61,769 nt of DNA from a virus (taxonomy: Duplodnaviria > Caudoviricetes). How positions within the stretch are numbered: position 1 is the first letter of the stretch; each line of letters starts with the position of its first letter. Position numbers and translations under genes: made by a program. Below, piece by piece: positions 28,353 to 36,755 of this stretch. The DNA is taken from positions 1 through 61,769 of IMG/VR virus record IMGVR_UViG_3300045999_008136; one strand, 5' to 3'. The notes below the pieces were generated by a model. It made no database searches. It saw nothing but the letters and a program-made list of their open reading frames with translations, and had not been told where the DNA came from.

Positions 28353-29810
28353 TCAATAGTACTCCGGCACAAGCTCGCCCTTGTCCTGCGGCTCGTTGTC
28401 GTCAGACTCCAAGCTGATGAAGTTGCCCTGGCGAAAACGCATCATCGCCATCGTGGTGCTGTCGACCATGTCGTCGTTGTCCCCGTTTGGAAACGCCGCG
28501 CATTCCTCGACAAGCTCCTCGGCCCAGTCCGTGTCCGGCGCCCAGACCATCCCGGCCTCGAAGATCGGCGCCACGGCGTTGGCCCGCGAGACCTTGTCAG
28601 TGCCGCTCCTGCGCCCGCCCGGCGCGTACATGGTCACCGGAATGCTCATCCGGCGCAGCTCCTGCTGCAGCGACGTGCCCGTGGCCTTGGCCTCGATCAG
28701 CACGTTGTCAGGCTGCCAGTGGTCGTACTGGTCCTTGGCCACGCGCTTGAGCTCAGGGAAATCCCAGCGCCCACGTTTGACGTCGAGCAAGATGATCGAC
28801 GCCCCCGAGTCCTCGTTCAAGTAAAACACGCCCCAGGTGGTGATCACCGAATAGTCAGCCGTCTCCTTTTTGGAATACGCCGTGTCCAAGGACTGGATGA
28901 TGTAGTTCACCACCGGTGGATCGTCCTTTGGCCAGACCTTCCACCACTCCCTCTTCAAGATTGCACCCTCGTCGTTGGTGGGCTGCTGCTGGTACATCGC
29001 GTTCCACTTCTGCACCGACAAGGTGGCCCGCACGCCCTGCAGCTCCTCGATCTTCCAAAAGCCAGGCCATAAGGGTTTACCACTAGGCAGGATGGCCGGG
29101 AACTCAATCACCTCCCACTGGTCCGCGTTGCGCGATTTCTGCGCCTTGAGCAAACGGGCCGTCAGGTCCTTCGTGCCCCAGCGCGTCATCACAATTACGA
29201 TCGCCCCGCCTGGCTGCAGACGAGTCCTTGGGCCAGAGATGTACCACTCCCATGCGTTGTCCAAAGCAAGATCACTCATCGCGTCCTGCTCCGAATGCGG
29301 GTCGTCAATGATCAAAACGTCAGCGCCCCGACCAGTCATGGCGCCGCCCACGCCAACGGCAAAGTACTCCCCTCCCTTGTTCGTGTCCCACCGGCCAGCA
29401 GCTTTGGAGTCCTGCTTCAAGGCGACGTTGGGGAAGATTTCCTTGTACGTGTCCATGTCCATCAAGTCACGCACCTTCCTGCCAAAGCGGACGGCGAGCT
29501 CGCTGTTGTGGGTCGCTTCAATGGCCTTGGTTCGCGGCTCACGGCCCATGAGGTAGGCCGGCAGGAGGTAGGACGCAAATTCAGACTTCGTGTGCCGCGG
29601 GGGCATGTTGATGATCAAGCGCTTCAAGGTGCCGTTGGCAATGCGGTCGAAGGCGTTGGCCATCTTCGCGTGGTGCTCGCCAAGGATCGCCTCTGGCCAG
29701 ACGTAGCGAACGAAGTCGATGAAGTGAGCACGCGCTTTGTCTTGAGTTTCAAGCTGCGCGAGCCGGTACTCCAGCTTGAGCCGTTCTGATTCAATTTCGT
29801 CAGGGATCAT
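28353..29810 (-). CDS. terL: Terminase large subunit
   Basis: MPPRHTKSE (Walker A), LIIDDPHSE (Walker B), VMTRW, SLDTAYS, FPNGDNDDMVD nuclease motif; probable start MIPDEIE. Confidence 0.95.
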   Translation of the reverse strand: MIPDEIESERLKLEYRLAQLETQDKARAHFIDFVRYVWPEAILGEHHAKMANAFDRIANGTLKRLIINMPPRHTKSEFASYLLPAYLMGREPRTKAIEATHNSELAVRFGRKVRDLMDMDTYKEIFPNVALKQDSKAAGRWDTNKGGEYFAVGVGGAMTGRGADVLIIDDPHSEQDAMSDLALDNAWEWYISGPRTRLQPGGAIVIVMTRWGTKDLTARLLKAQKSRNADQWEVIEFPAILPSGKPLWPGFWKIEELQGVRATLSVQKWNAMYQQQPTNDEGAILKREWWKVWPKDDPPVVNYIIQSLDTAYSKKETADYSVITTWGVFYLNEDSGASIILLDVKRGRWDFPELKRVAKDQYDHWQPDNVLIEAKATGTSLQQELRRMSIPVTMYAPGGRRSGTDKVSRANAVAPIFEAGMVWAPDTDWAEELVEECAAFPNGDNDDMVDSTTMAMMRFRQGNFISLESDDNEPQDKGELVPEYY

Positions 29811-30012
29811 TGAGGGTCCGTTTCGTTTTGGATTTGCAAATATTTTGGCACGAGTTGACTTGGCTGACAAAGGGGGCCTTTTTCAAGGTGGGGGCCAAAA
29901 CTGTTTTGTGCAGCATCTAGCGTGTGAAATCGGGCAAAGGCCTGCGCAGCTTGCACCCGGGCCTATTTTTTCTACCCCGGGTCGGGGTGGGGGTCCGCGG
30001 CGCGCGGCGCGC

Positions 30013-30054
30013 GGCGCCTGGTCGGGCGCCTGGTCGGGCGCCTGGTCGGGCGCC
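30013..30054. repeat. Tandem 12-bp repeat GGCGCCTGGTCG (x3 plus partial) in GC-rich non-coding block
   Basis: Directly visible; followed by GGCCACG x3 at about 30089-30109. Confidence 0.85.
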
Positions 30055-30238
30055 ACCAGGTCGGCGGGCCATAGGGCGGGGCTATCCTGGCCACGGGCCA
30101 CGGGCCACGATACCCAGGGCACGGGGCGGGGCGCCTGGTCGGTTGACCAGGGGGCAGGCACGGCCGGGCGTCGGCCAGGCGGGTTTCGGGCGGGGCAGCC
30201 TGGTCGGCGGGGCGGCCACCAGCTCGGGCGGCCTGATA

Positions 30239-30275
30239 CCAGGCGCAAAAAAGCCCGCCACCAGGGCGGGCTCGG
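30239..30275 (-). terminator. Intrinsic terminator, copy 1 of a duplicated about 37-bp element
   Basis: AGCCCGCC/GGCGGGCT hairpin next to an A6 tract; near-identical to 30807-30843. Confidence 0.75.
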
Positions 30276-30301
30276 ATCGGCCGGGGGCGGCCTGGTCGGG
30301 G

Positions 30302-30718
30302 TCAGCTCAGGCCCAGGTCGGCCCGGGTGACGTCGCGCAGCCAGGCGGGCCCGAACCGGTTCCGCACCTGGCGCAGCAGGTGGCCGTCGGGCTCGGCGGC
30401 GTCGCGGCCGGATAACCAGGCGGCGGCCAGGTCGGCGCGCCAGGTCCGGCCGTGCCTGGTGGCGAAAGCGGCCACGGCGGCCACCTGGTCGGCGGTCGGG
30501 CCGGCCAGGCGGGCCAGGATCGCGTCGGCGGTGTCCAGGGCGTCGGCCCGGTCGTCGGTGTGGTACTCGCTCACCAGGCGGCCGTCGGCGTTCCAGGCCT
30601 GCACGCGGTACTCGGACCAGTCGGCGTCGAACCCGACGCGGACCTTACCGATACCCTGCAGGGCCTGCACCTGCACCAGGCGGCCGACGACGGGGGCGGA
30701 TTTCATTTTTTGGGGCAT
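30302..30718 (-). CDS. Early hypothetical protein (138 aa)
   Basis: Start MPQKMKS after AGAAAGCGAGAAAG leader; own promoter and terminator. Confidence 0.7.
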   Translation of the reverse strand: MPQKMKSAPVVGRLVQVQALQGIGKVRVGFDADWSEYRVQAWNADGRLVSEYHTDDRADALDTADAILARLAGPTADQVAAVAAFATRHGRTWRADLAAAWLSGRDAAEPDGHLLRQVRNRFGPAWLRDVTRADLGLS

Positions 30719-30765
30719 TGCTTTCTCGCTTTCTGAAAATGCCGGCCACGGCGGCCGGTCCCGGA

Positions 30766-30795
30766 ATTTTAGGGCAAAAAATCCAGGGCGCGCAA
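30766..30795 (-). promoter_or_regulatory. Sigma70-like promoter TTGCGC-N18-TAAAAT
   Basis: Same architecture as 32407-32436. Confidence 0.6.
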
Positions 30796-30806
30796 GCCCC
30801 CGGCGG

Positions 30807-30843
30807 CCAGGCGAAAAAAAGCCCGCCACCAGGGCGGGCTCGG
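30807..30843 (-). terminator. Intrinsic terminator, copy 2
   Basis: Near-identical to 30239-30275. Confidence 0.75.
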
Positions 30844-30860
30844 GCACCAGGTGCAGCAGC

Positions 30861-31118
30861 TCAGGCGGCCGCGTGCCTGGTGTCGATGGCGTGCTGCAGC
30901 TCCAGCTCCAGCAGCTCGGCGGCGGCGGTCCAGGCGGTGTCGTCGAACTGCACCCCGGTGTAGATCGGTTTGCGCAGCTCGGCGAACACGGCCGGCAGCA
31001 GGCGCTGCACGGCCCCGTCCCAGGTGGCCCCGGCCGTGAAAGCGGCCAGGGCGGCGGCCCGGGCGGGCTCGGTGGTCCGATCATTGAAAACGGCGACGGC
31101 GACCTGCTGCATTTTCAT
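30861..31118 (-). CDS. Early hypothetical protein
   Basis: 85 aa, overlaps upstream stop. Confidence 0.6.
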   Translation of the reverse strand: MKMQQVAVAVFNDRTTEPARAAALAAFTAGATWDGAVQRLLPAVFAELRKPIYTGVQFDDTAWTAAAELLELELQHAIDTRHAAA

Positions 31119-31330
31119 GGCCGGACCCCCACCAGGTCGGCGGCCAGGTCCTGGCCACCATTGCGACCGATCCAGCCATGGCCGACCAGGCCCCAGGGGC
31201 CGCGCTCGATTGTGATCTGATTCTCGCCCCAGGTGAGCTGAACCCAGGTCTCGCCGGCCTGCAGGGCTTTGCGGATCGCGGCCAGCAGCTGCGGCCGGCT
31301 CGGTTTGCGGGTGTAGTCGATCTGAACCAT
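31115..31330 (-). CDS. Early hypothetical protein
   Basis: Start MVQIDY just after DUF932 stop. Confidence 0.6.
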   Translation of the reverse strand: MVQIDYTRKPSRPQLLAAIRKALQAGETWVQLTWGENQITIERGPWGLVGHGWIGRNGGQDLAADLVGVRP

Positions 31331-31332
31331 GA

Positions 31333-32355
31333 TCAAGCCCCCACCAGGTCGGCGGCCAGCAGCTCGGCGGCCCGGGCTTTCAGGGCCGCACCGGCCCCGA
31401 ACCATGCCGATTCAATCCGGGTATTGTTGGAGCGGCCGCGCGCATGGTCCACCAGCTCGGTGACGGCGTTAAGCATGGCCCACCGGGTACCGGCCACCCC
31501 GGGCAGGTCCGACCCGATGGCGCGGCCGTTGAAAAGCTCCAGGACCTGGCGGTAGGCTTTGCTTTCCTGCAGGGGCTTGGCGCTCGTATGGTACGGGGCC
31601 AGCAGCTCGGCCAGGAATTCATCCGCATCGGCCTGGCCCATGGGGACGTCGGCGAGCTGGCGGGACTGCACCAGGAACGATTCCCAGGCACCGGCCACAA
31701 TCCCGAGCTGCAGGCGCACGGCGTCGGCGTCGAATCGCTCGGAATGCAGGACCCGCACGGCCGATTTCAGGTAGCCCAGGCTTTGCTCGGTCTCGCCCTT
31801 GATCACGCGGCCGGCGGAATACCCACCGACGGCGGCGGTGATGGTGTTATTGCACACCACGCGGATCGCGGTGAATTTCGCGACCGTGGCCATGGTCCCA
31901 TCGTAGGACGTGCCCAGCAGCAGGTAAGGCTTGACCAGGTCGCGCGACACCACGGGGGCCGCGTCGCCGACGCTGGCCAGGGCCCAAACCCGGCGGCCGT
32001 CGCTCAGGGCCCCGGCCGTTTCGAGCTGAAAGCCCCCGAGCTCGACGAGCTGGCGGAAAAAATCCATCACCTGGCCAGGCTGGACCACGTGGTAACTGTC
32101 GGAAACCACGGCCAGGGGCGCGCCGGTGTCGGATCGGTGCAGGACCTTACGGGCCGGCCAGGTTTGGGGCTCGCTGGCGGCCGGGGAATCGTACCGGACG
32201 GGGGATTCCAGGACGGTATAACCTAGGCCGGCTTCGCGGGTCCAGGTCTCAATGCTGGCCCCGGGGGTCAGTGCCTGGCCCAGGCCATGCCAGGGGGTTT
32301 GGCCGGCGTAGGCCATTGCAGCGCGGCCGGTGGTGGTGTCGATCATGTGAGCCAT
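31333..32355 (-). CDS. DUF932 / TIGR03299-like phage-plasmid protein
   Basis: MAYAGQTPWHGLG, ETAGALSDGRRVWALA, YLLLGTSYDG, IRVVCNNT, GTRWAMLNAVTE. Confidence 0.88.
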   Translation of the reverse strand: MAHMIDTTTGRAAMAYAGQTPWHGLGQALTPGASIETWTREAGLGYTVLESPVRYDSPAASEPQTWPARKVLHRSDTGAPLAVVSDSYHVVQPGQVMDFFRQLVELGGFQLETAGALSDGRRVWALASVGDAAPVVSRDLVKPYLLLGTSYDGTMATVAKFTAIRVVCNNTITAAVGGYSAGRVIKGETEQSLGYLKSAVRVLHSERFDADAVRLQLGIVAGAWESFLVQSRQLADVPMGQADADEFLAELLAPYHTSAKPLQESKAYRQVLELFNGRAIGSDLPGVAGTRWAMLNAVTELVDHARGRSNNTRIESAWFGAGAALKARAAELLAADLVGA

Positions 32356-32406
32356 ATCTTTCTCGCTTTCTGAAGTTAAGGCCGGGCGGTATTGCCCGGT
32401 CCGGAA

Positions 32407-32444
32407 ATTTTAGTCTAAAAAAATCCAGGGGCGCAAGCCCCTGG
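32407..32444 (-). promoter_or_regulatory. Promoter TTGCGC-N18-TAAAAT overlapping a terminator hairpin
   Basis: CCAGGGGC-GCAA-GCCCCTGG hairpin with adjacent U-tract contains the -35 box. Confidence 0.65.
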
Positions 32445-32454
32445 CAAAAATAAT

Positions 32455-33144
32455 TTAGGCGGCGGCGCCCAGGTCGCCGACCACGTGGTGACGCAACAGT
32501 GAGCCAGGCGGGAGGGACCGAGCGAAACGGGCCAGCTCGGCCGCGTCGGCCTGGTGGCCGCCGGTCCGGGTTTTCTCCCAGGCCAGGCGCACGGGCCCGC
32601 CGTTACCGTAGCACCCGCCGGCCTGGTCGGTGCCGACCAGGCGCGCGCCGCTACCGTGGGCGACAAACACAATCACATAATCCCGCTCGCCGCGGGCGCA
32701 CAATGGCCGGCCGCCGCCACACTGCGCACAATTGAAGCTCTCAGAAAGCTCGGCGGGGCATTGAACAAAGCGCACGCCTTCGGCCGTATGCGGCCAGACT
32801 GTGCCGGCCGGAGCGGCCACCACGGCGGGGCGGCCAGCTCGCACGGCGGCCAGGGCGTCGGCCATGGTGTCACAGCTCGCATTAATCACCGTTTCACCCG
32901 GGGCGGGCACGGGCAACAGCTCGGCGGGAAAATGCGAATAGGTCCAGGCCTGGCCGCCACGGGGCACGGCCTGGCGCACGGCGGCCAAATATTCGGCATC
33001 AATCAGCTCGGCCGCATGGTCGCCCTGGGGATTGAGGGCGCAAGATTTTGGGCACGTGCCGAACACGTTGTGGCCACCGGCGCGATACGTAACGGCTATC
33101 GGGCCCGTCTTTTTGTTGGCCGAGTGCTTAATGGTTTTGAGCAT
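32455..33144 (-). CDS. Cys-rich protein, GP88/DUF7227-like
   Basis: SANKKTGPI, TCPKSC, WTYSH, QCPA...CAQC...LC, FVAHG, RHHVVGD. Confidence 0.65.
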   Translation of the reverse strand: MLKTIKHSANKKTGPIAVTYRAGGHNVFGTCPKSCALNPQGDHAAELIDAEYLAAVRQAVPRGGQAWTYSHFPAELLPVPAPGETVINASCDTMADALAAVRAGRPAVVAAPAGTVWPHTAEGVRFVQCPAELSESFNCAQCGGGRPLCARGERDYVIVFVAHGSGARLVGTDQAGGCYGNGGPVRLAWEKTRTGGHQADAAELARFARSLPPGSLLRHHVVGDLGAAA

Positions 33145-33197
33145 GGGACTTTCTCGCTTTCTAGGTTAAGGCCTGGCGGGGCGCTGGCCTGGCCGTA

Positions 33198-33227
33198 ATT
33201 TTAATCTAACAAAAATCTACCTGTCAA
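33198..33227 (-). promoter_or_regulatory. Sigma70-like promoter TTGACA-N18-TAAAAT
   Basis: Near-consensus boxes upstream of ORF ending 33144; terminator hairpin at about 33240-33268. Confidence 0.75.
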
Positions 33228-33287
33228 CTGCCCACAAATAAAAAAAAAACCCGGCGCGGTGGCCGGGCTTTGTCGGGGCATGGTCTA

Positions 33288-33515
33288 TCAGTCGGCGCCT
33301 TCCAGGCGGCGCAGCTCATCGGCCACCATGGCCGCGGTGGCGTACCAGGCGCGGCCGTTTATCAGGCTGGCGGCGTTTTCTTCGGGCTCGCCTTCGGCCA
33401 GCACCTGGCCGGCGTAGTGGCGCACGGCCTCAATGATGAAAACCTGGGTAAGGGGGCCGCCCGGGTTCATTACCATCAGGTGCTTGATTTTTTGGACGTT
33501 GTCTTTTCGTTTCAT
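33288..33515 (-). CDS. Early hypothetical protein
   Basis: 75-aa ORF. Confidence 0.6.
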   Translation of the reverse strand: MKRKDNVQKIKHLMVMNPGGPLTQVFIIEAVRHYAGQVLAEGEPEENAASLINGRAWYATAAMVADELRRLEGAD

Positions 33516-33522
33516 GATGGCC

Positions 33523-33846
33523 TCAAGGCTTGATGGTGAACGACTGGTTTTGAAACCAGTCGGAAAGGGCGCCGTCCAGCTCGCCGGTCAAGTCGGACAG
33601 GTTTAGCTTGCCGGCCAGGTCGTTAAGGTCGATTCCTTCGGCGACGGTTTCCAATTGGCTGTCGGTCAGCTCGCCGGCCAGGTCGGCCAGGCTGACCTGC
33701 TCGGCGAGCTTGGACAGGTCAATATTTTCCGCAATTGCAGCCATGTCCAATTGGCCGACAACCAACTCAGCCCTGATCATGTCGCGAACCATTGGGCGCA
33801 ATTGCTCGGCCAGGTCTTTCACCAAGGCCTCAATGAGGTGTTGCAT
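33523..33846 (-). CDS. Early acidic protein with short helical repeats
   Basis: Start MQHLIE after AGAAAGAGAGAAAG; (I/L)DL.DLA.EL-type repeats. Confidence 0.65.
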   Translation of the reverse strand: MQHLIEALVKDLAEQLRPMVRDMIRAELVVGQLDMAAIAENIDLSKLAEQVSLADLAGELTDSQLETVAEGIDLNDLAGKLNLSDLTGELDGALSDWFQNQSFTIKP

Positions 33847-33899
33847 GTCTTTCTCTCTTTCTAGGTTGTAGGCCGGCGTGATTGCGCGGCCTGGTCGGG

Positions 33900-33930
33900 A
33901 TTCTACACTACTTCTATCAACTTGTGTCAA
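33900..33930 (-). promoter_or_regulatory. Promoter TTGACA-N19-TAGAAT
   Basis: Boxes upstream of the conserved leader. Confidence 0.55.
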
Positions 33931-34086
33931 CTACTGGTCGCCACCGCCAATGATTTTGTGGAAGGCCCAAAAGGCTATCAGTTTCCCGATCAGCCCCCGG
34001 TTATCAGGCAATGGCGGTGGCGGTGGTGGGGGGCGGCTGGCTTTGAGCATGTTCCTTTTGACCTTCTTTTTTGTGTCCCGATTCAC

Positions 34087-34245
34087 TCAGGTGTCCAACT
34101 CAGGCGAGTAGGGCTCATACCGCTCGTATCGAAGGTACAGGTCAATGATCTCTTGTCTGGAAATGCCTAAATCGGCAGCGATCTCAGTTATCGTCCACCC
34201 AGCCGAGTCGGCCTCAAATATCTCTTCAATGAGCGCGTTGTCCAT
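34087..34245 (-). CDS. Small HTH protein
   Basis: GWTITEIAADLGISRQEI. Confidence 0.65.
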   Translation of the reverse strand: MDNALIEEIFEADSAGWTITEIAADLGISRQEIIDLYLRYERYEPYSPELDT

Positions 34246-34314
34246 AATCTTTCTCTCTTTCTGTGCCCTGGGACGACCCCAGAACGCCCACGATACATTA
34301 ACTGGGCGCAACTG

Positions 34315-34734
34315 TCAACTGTCCAACAAGGCCTTGCGGAGCTCGGCCCAGGCGATGCCTGTCCACGGCCACCTGGCAAGGGGGCTGACGTCAATCCCGC
34401 GGTTCACCAGGTCGATTGCCTGCTCCCCACAGTACAGCAGCAGCTCCGACTTGTGGGCATGGGCGGTGCCTGGCGGGAAGTACTGGACCAGGATGTAAGT
34501 CGGGCAACGCAGGTCTGCGTGCTTGACGTGGAAGGCGACCTGATGCGGCGACAGGGCAATCTTGCGGCCGCGCTTGACCACCTTCAGCTCGACCATCATG
34601 AATTCCCCGTGCGGGAATGCCAGCAGGCAGTCCGGGATGCCCAGGTTCACCCTGGACTCAATCCGGGTGAAATGGCAGCTTGGGAGGTTTTCTTTCAGCC
34701 TTTTGTACAGGTTCGCTTCGGGCTTCACTGACAT
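34315..34734 (-). CDS. PD-(D/E)XK nuclease, Holliday-junction resolvase / VRR-NUC-like
   Basis: PEANLY...GIPDCLL...MVELKV...LSPHQVAFH. Confidence 0.8.
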   Translation of the reverse strand: MSVKPEANLYKRLKENLPSCHFTRIESRVNLGIPDCLLAFPHGEFMMVELKVVKRGRKIALSPHQVAFHVKHADLRCPTYILVQYFPPGTAHAHKSELLLYCGEQAIDLVNRGIDVSPLARWPWTGIAWAELRKALLDS

Positions 34735-35332
34735 CGTCGTCTTCCTCTTCCTCGATCTGCTTGGGCGTGACGTCCACAATCGGCCCGGCGTTGCCTCCAT
34801 ACAGGCGCTTGATCTCGTCCAGCTTGCGTTGCACCTCTTCCTTCGACATCGAGTCGATGGTGCCGTGCCTGATTTCCTTGCGGTCGATGTAGATGGTGCC
34901 TAGGGCCTGGCCGCGGCGGTACTCAGCCTGGACGGCCGCACCGTAGGCGCCGGCTTGCAGTGCCTGGTCACGGATGACCTGTAGGTCGCGCATGTGCCGC
35001 TCGAACGTGGTGGCGTATTTCTCGCCCAGCTCCCGGCGCCGCTCCTGGATGGCAGCCACAATGTGAGGGCTCTTGTCCGGGTCTGTCAGCTCCCGGGCCC
35101 GGTTCTTGGCCCAGACCTCACTGTATCCTGCGCGCAGGGCCGCCTCCTTGAGGGTCACGTGCCCATCGCCAGAGACGAACTCTTCGACGAACTTCCATTC
35201 CTGGGGCGTCAGCACCTTGGGCTTGTGGGGCTTGACCGGTGCGGTAAGCCTGGCCTCGACCACCGCCGGGCGGCCGCCCAGGCTTTTACCGGCCATGAAT
35301 TTATCGTCCTTTGACGATCCGAGGCTGGCCAT
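34658..35332 (-). CDS. terS: Terminase small subunit
   Basis: LTPQEWKFVEEFV...KEAALRAGYS HTH, AAVQAEYRRGQALG. Confidence 0.75.
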   Translation of the reverse strand: MASLGSSKDDKFMAGKSLGGRPAVVEARLTAPVKPHKPKVLTPQEWKFVEEFVSGDGHVTLKEAALRAGYSEVWAKNRARELTDPDKSPHIVAAIQERRRELGEKYATTFERHMRDLQVIRDQALQAGAYGAAVQAEYRRGQALGTIYIDRKEIRHGTIDSMSKEEVQRKLDEIKRLYGGNAGPIVDVTPKQIEEEEDDDVSEARSEPVQKAERKPPKLPFHPD

Positions 35333-35550
35333 CAAGCAACCCTCCAGAGCCGCCAGCCCTCACCATACTTGCGGATGGTGAACTTCACCCCGTCATGCCG
35401 CCGGCTGTACATGTAGGCGGCGCTGCGCAGGTTCTTGATCCAGTCAGCCTCCAGGACCAGAAAGCTATCCCCGATCTTCATGTCCGGGAACGGGTAGCGC
35501 TGCCGGGCGTCAGCCTCGGGCGGAACAGGGATGTGTCGATCTATTTTCAT
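35332..35550 (-). CDS. Small DNA-binding-like protein
   Basis: IDRHIPVP...RYPFPDMKIGDSFLV...RLWRVA. Confidence 0.7.
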   Translation of the reverse strand: MKIDRHIPVPPEADARQRYPFPDMKIGDSFLVLEADWIKNLRSAAYMYSRRHDGVKFTIRKYGEGWRLWRVA

Positions 35551-35579
35551 GTCAACATTATCCAACAACGCTACAGTTA

Positions 35580-35900
35580 ACGCAAACCCTCCAAAGGTCA
35601 AATTCAGGGGTTTAGCTAGGAAAAATATGACCAATGTATGTTTTTTTTTTTTCAAAAAGTCATCGCGCGCGCATTTTATGTGAATTACACCTGTAGACAC
35701 ACTGTGATGACCTGTACACGTCTAACCCATTGATTTCATTCACTTCTTACACCATTACGTCTATTACGTCATTTTTCAAAAAAAAAAAAACAAAACACAT
35801 GATTTTCAAATAAGGTCTATCAAAACAGCGAAATTGACCCTCGGTCCGTGATCCTTGTACGTATAAACCCTAACAAACACCCTCTCCGCGCCCTCTATCC
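35580..35900. other. AT-rich non-coding region, candidate replication origin
   Basis: Long T and A homopolymer tracts flanking TTACAC / ATTACGTC short repeats in a GC-rich genome. Confidence 0.5.
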
Positions 35901-35970
35901 GCCTCAAACCCCCTAAAATGCGCAAAGCCCAGGTGTTGGACCACCCGGGCTTCACTTCTCACCATCGTTA

Positions 35971-36282
35971 ATGGGGAACGACATGAGCACTGACCATCTT
36001 ACCCTGATTGACCGCTCAATCCGCTACGACGCGACCACTGGCGGCATCTATTGGCGCGTGAGCCGTGGCACTCGTGCCAGGCGTGGCCATCCTGCTGGCA
36101 CTGTCACCAAGGGGTACTCCATTCGCATTGGCATAGGGGCCCGCTATTTTGCTGCTCATGACATCGCCTGGTTCTTGGGCCATGGGGAGTGGCCCCCAGC
36201 CCCTGTAGAGCACGTCAACGGGGATGCCCTGGACAACCGTTTGGGCAACCTCGCTCTCACTGCTTCCCCACCCCTTCGCTGA
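35971..36282 (+). CDS. HNH endonuclease (possibly degenerate/truncated)
   Basis: YDATTGGIYW, AHDIAW...GEWP, VEHVNGDALDNRLGNL; opposite strand to neighbours. Confidence 0.75.
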   Translation: MGNDMSTDHLTLIDRSIRYDATTGGIYWRVSRGTRARRGHPAGTVTKGYSIRIGIGARYFAAHDIAWFLGHGEWPPAPVEHVNGDALDNRLGNLALTASPPLR

Positions 36283-36499
36283 ACTCCCCCGTCAGCACCT
36301 TGGCTGCCAGGACCGCGGGGATGACCTCTCCGAACTCGATCTCTTGCACCTCCCCTTCCTCGACCACTGGGCCCAGGTACAGGTGCTTGCAGCCGTTGAT
36401 CGTGATGCAGACCACCTGAACCATGGTCCGTGGTCCGAGGATCGTGCCCAGTGCCTCGTCGACGGCCCTGATGGTGTAGCCATCCGGTTCCGGGCTCAT
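36257..36499 (-). CDS. Hypothetical protein
   Basis: 80 aa, coupled to upstream stop. Confidence 0.5.
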   Translation of the reverse strand: MSPEPDGYTIRAVDEALGTILGPRTMVQVVCITINGCKHLYLGPVVEEGEVQEIEFGEVIPAVLAAKVLTGEFSEGVGKQ

Positions 36500-36744
36500 T
36501 TTGGAACCTCCCGCCAGATGGCGCCGCCCTCGCCCTGTTTGATGCCCAAGTCCAGGGACAGTTTGTCGACCTCTTCTTCAAGCCGGCGGTTCTTCACCTT
36601 GAGCGTAAAGACCTGGTTGGCCAGGTGTTCCATGCTGTCTTGCTGGACTTCAATGCGGCGGCGCAGGCCGGCGATGTATTCCTTGGTTTCGACGCAGTCG
36701 ATTGAACGTGGTGGGTTTTCCGTTGAAAACGTAGCGGGGCGCAT
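36496..36744 (-). CDS. Small coiled-coil protein
   Basis: Start MRPATF after GAAAGGA. Confidence 0.6.
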   Translation of the reverse strand: MRPATFSTENPPRSIDCVETKEYIAGLRRRIEVQQDSMEHLANQVFTLKVKNRRLEEEVDKLSLDLGIKQGEGGAIWREVPK

Positions 36745-36755
36745 GTCTTGTCCTT

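Noticed and set aside
30013-30110. CRISPR-like mini-array
   Set aside because: Repeats are 7-12 bp and directly tandem with no spacers; the PD-(D/E)XK nuclease at 51975 lacks the Cas4 Cys cluster
29776-30415. ORFs across the GC-rich repeat block
   Set aside because: Translations are Arg/Gly/Pro repeats mirroring the DNA repeats, with no RBS; treated as non-coding
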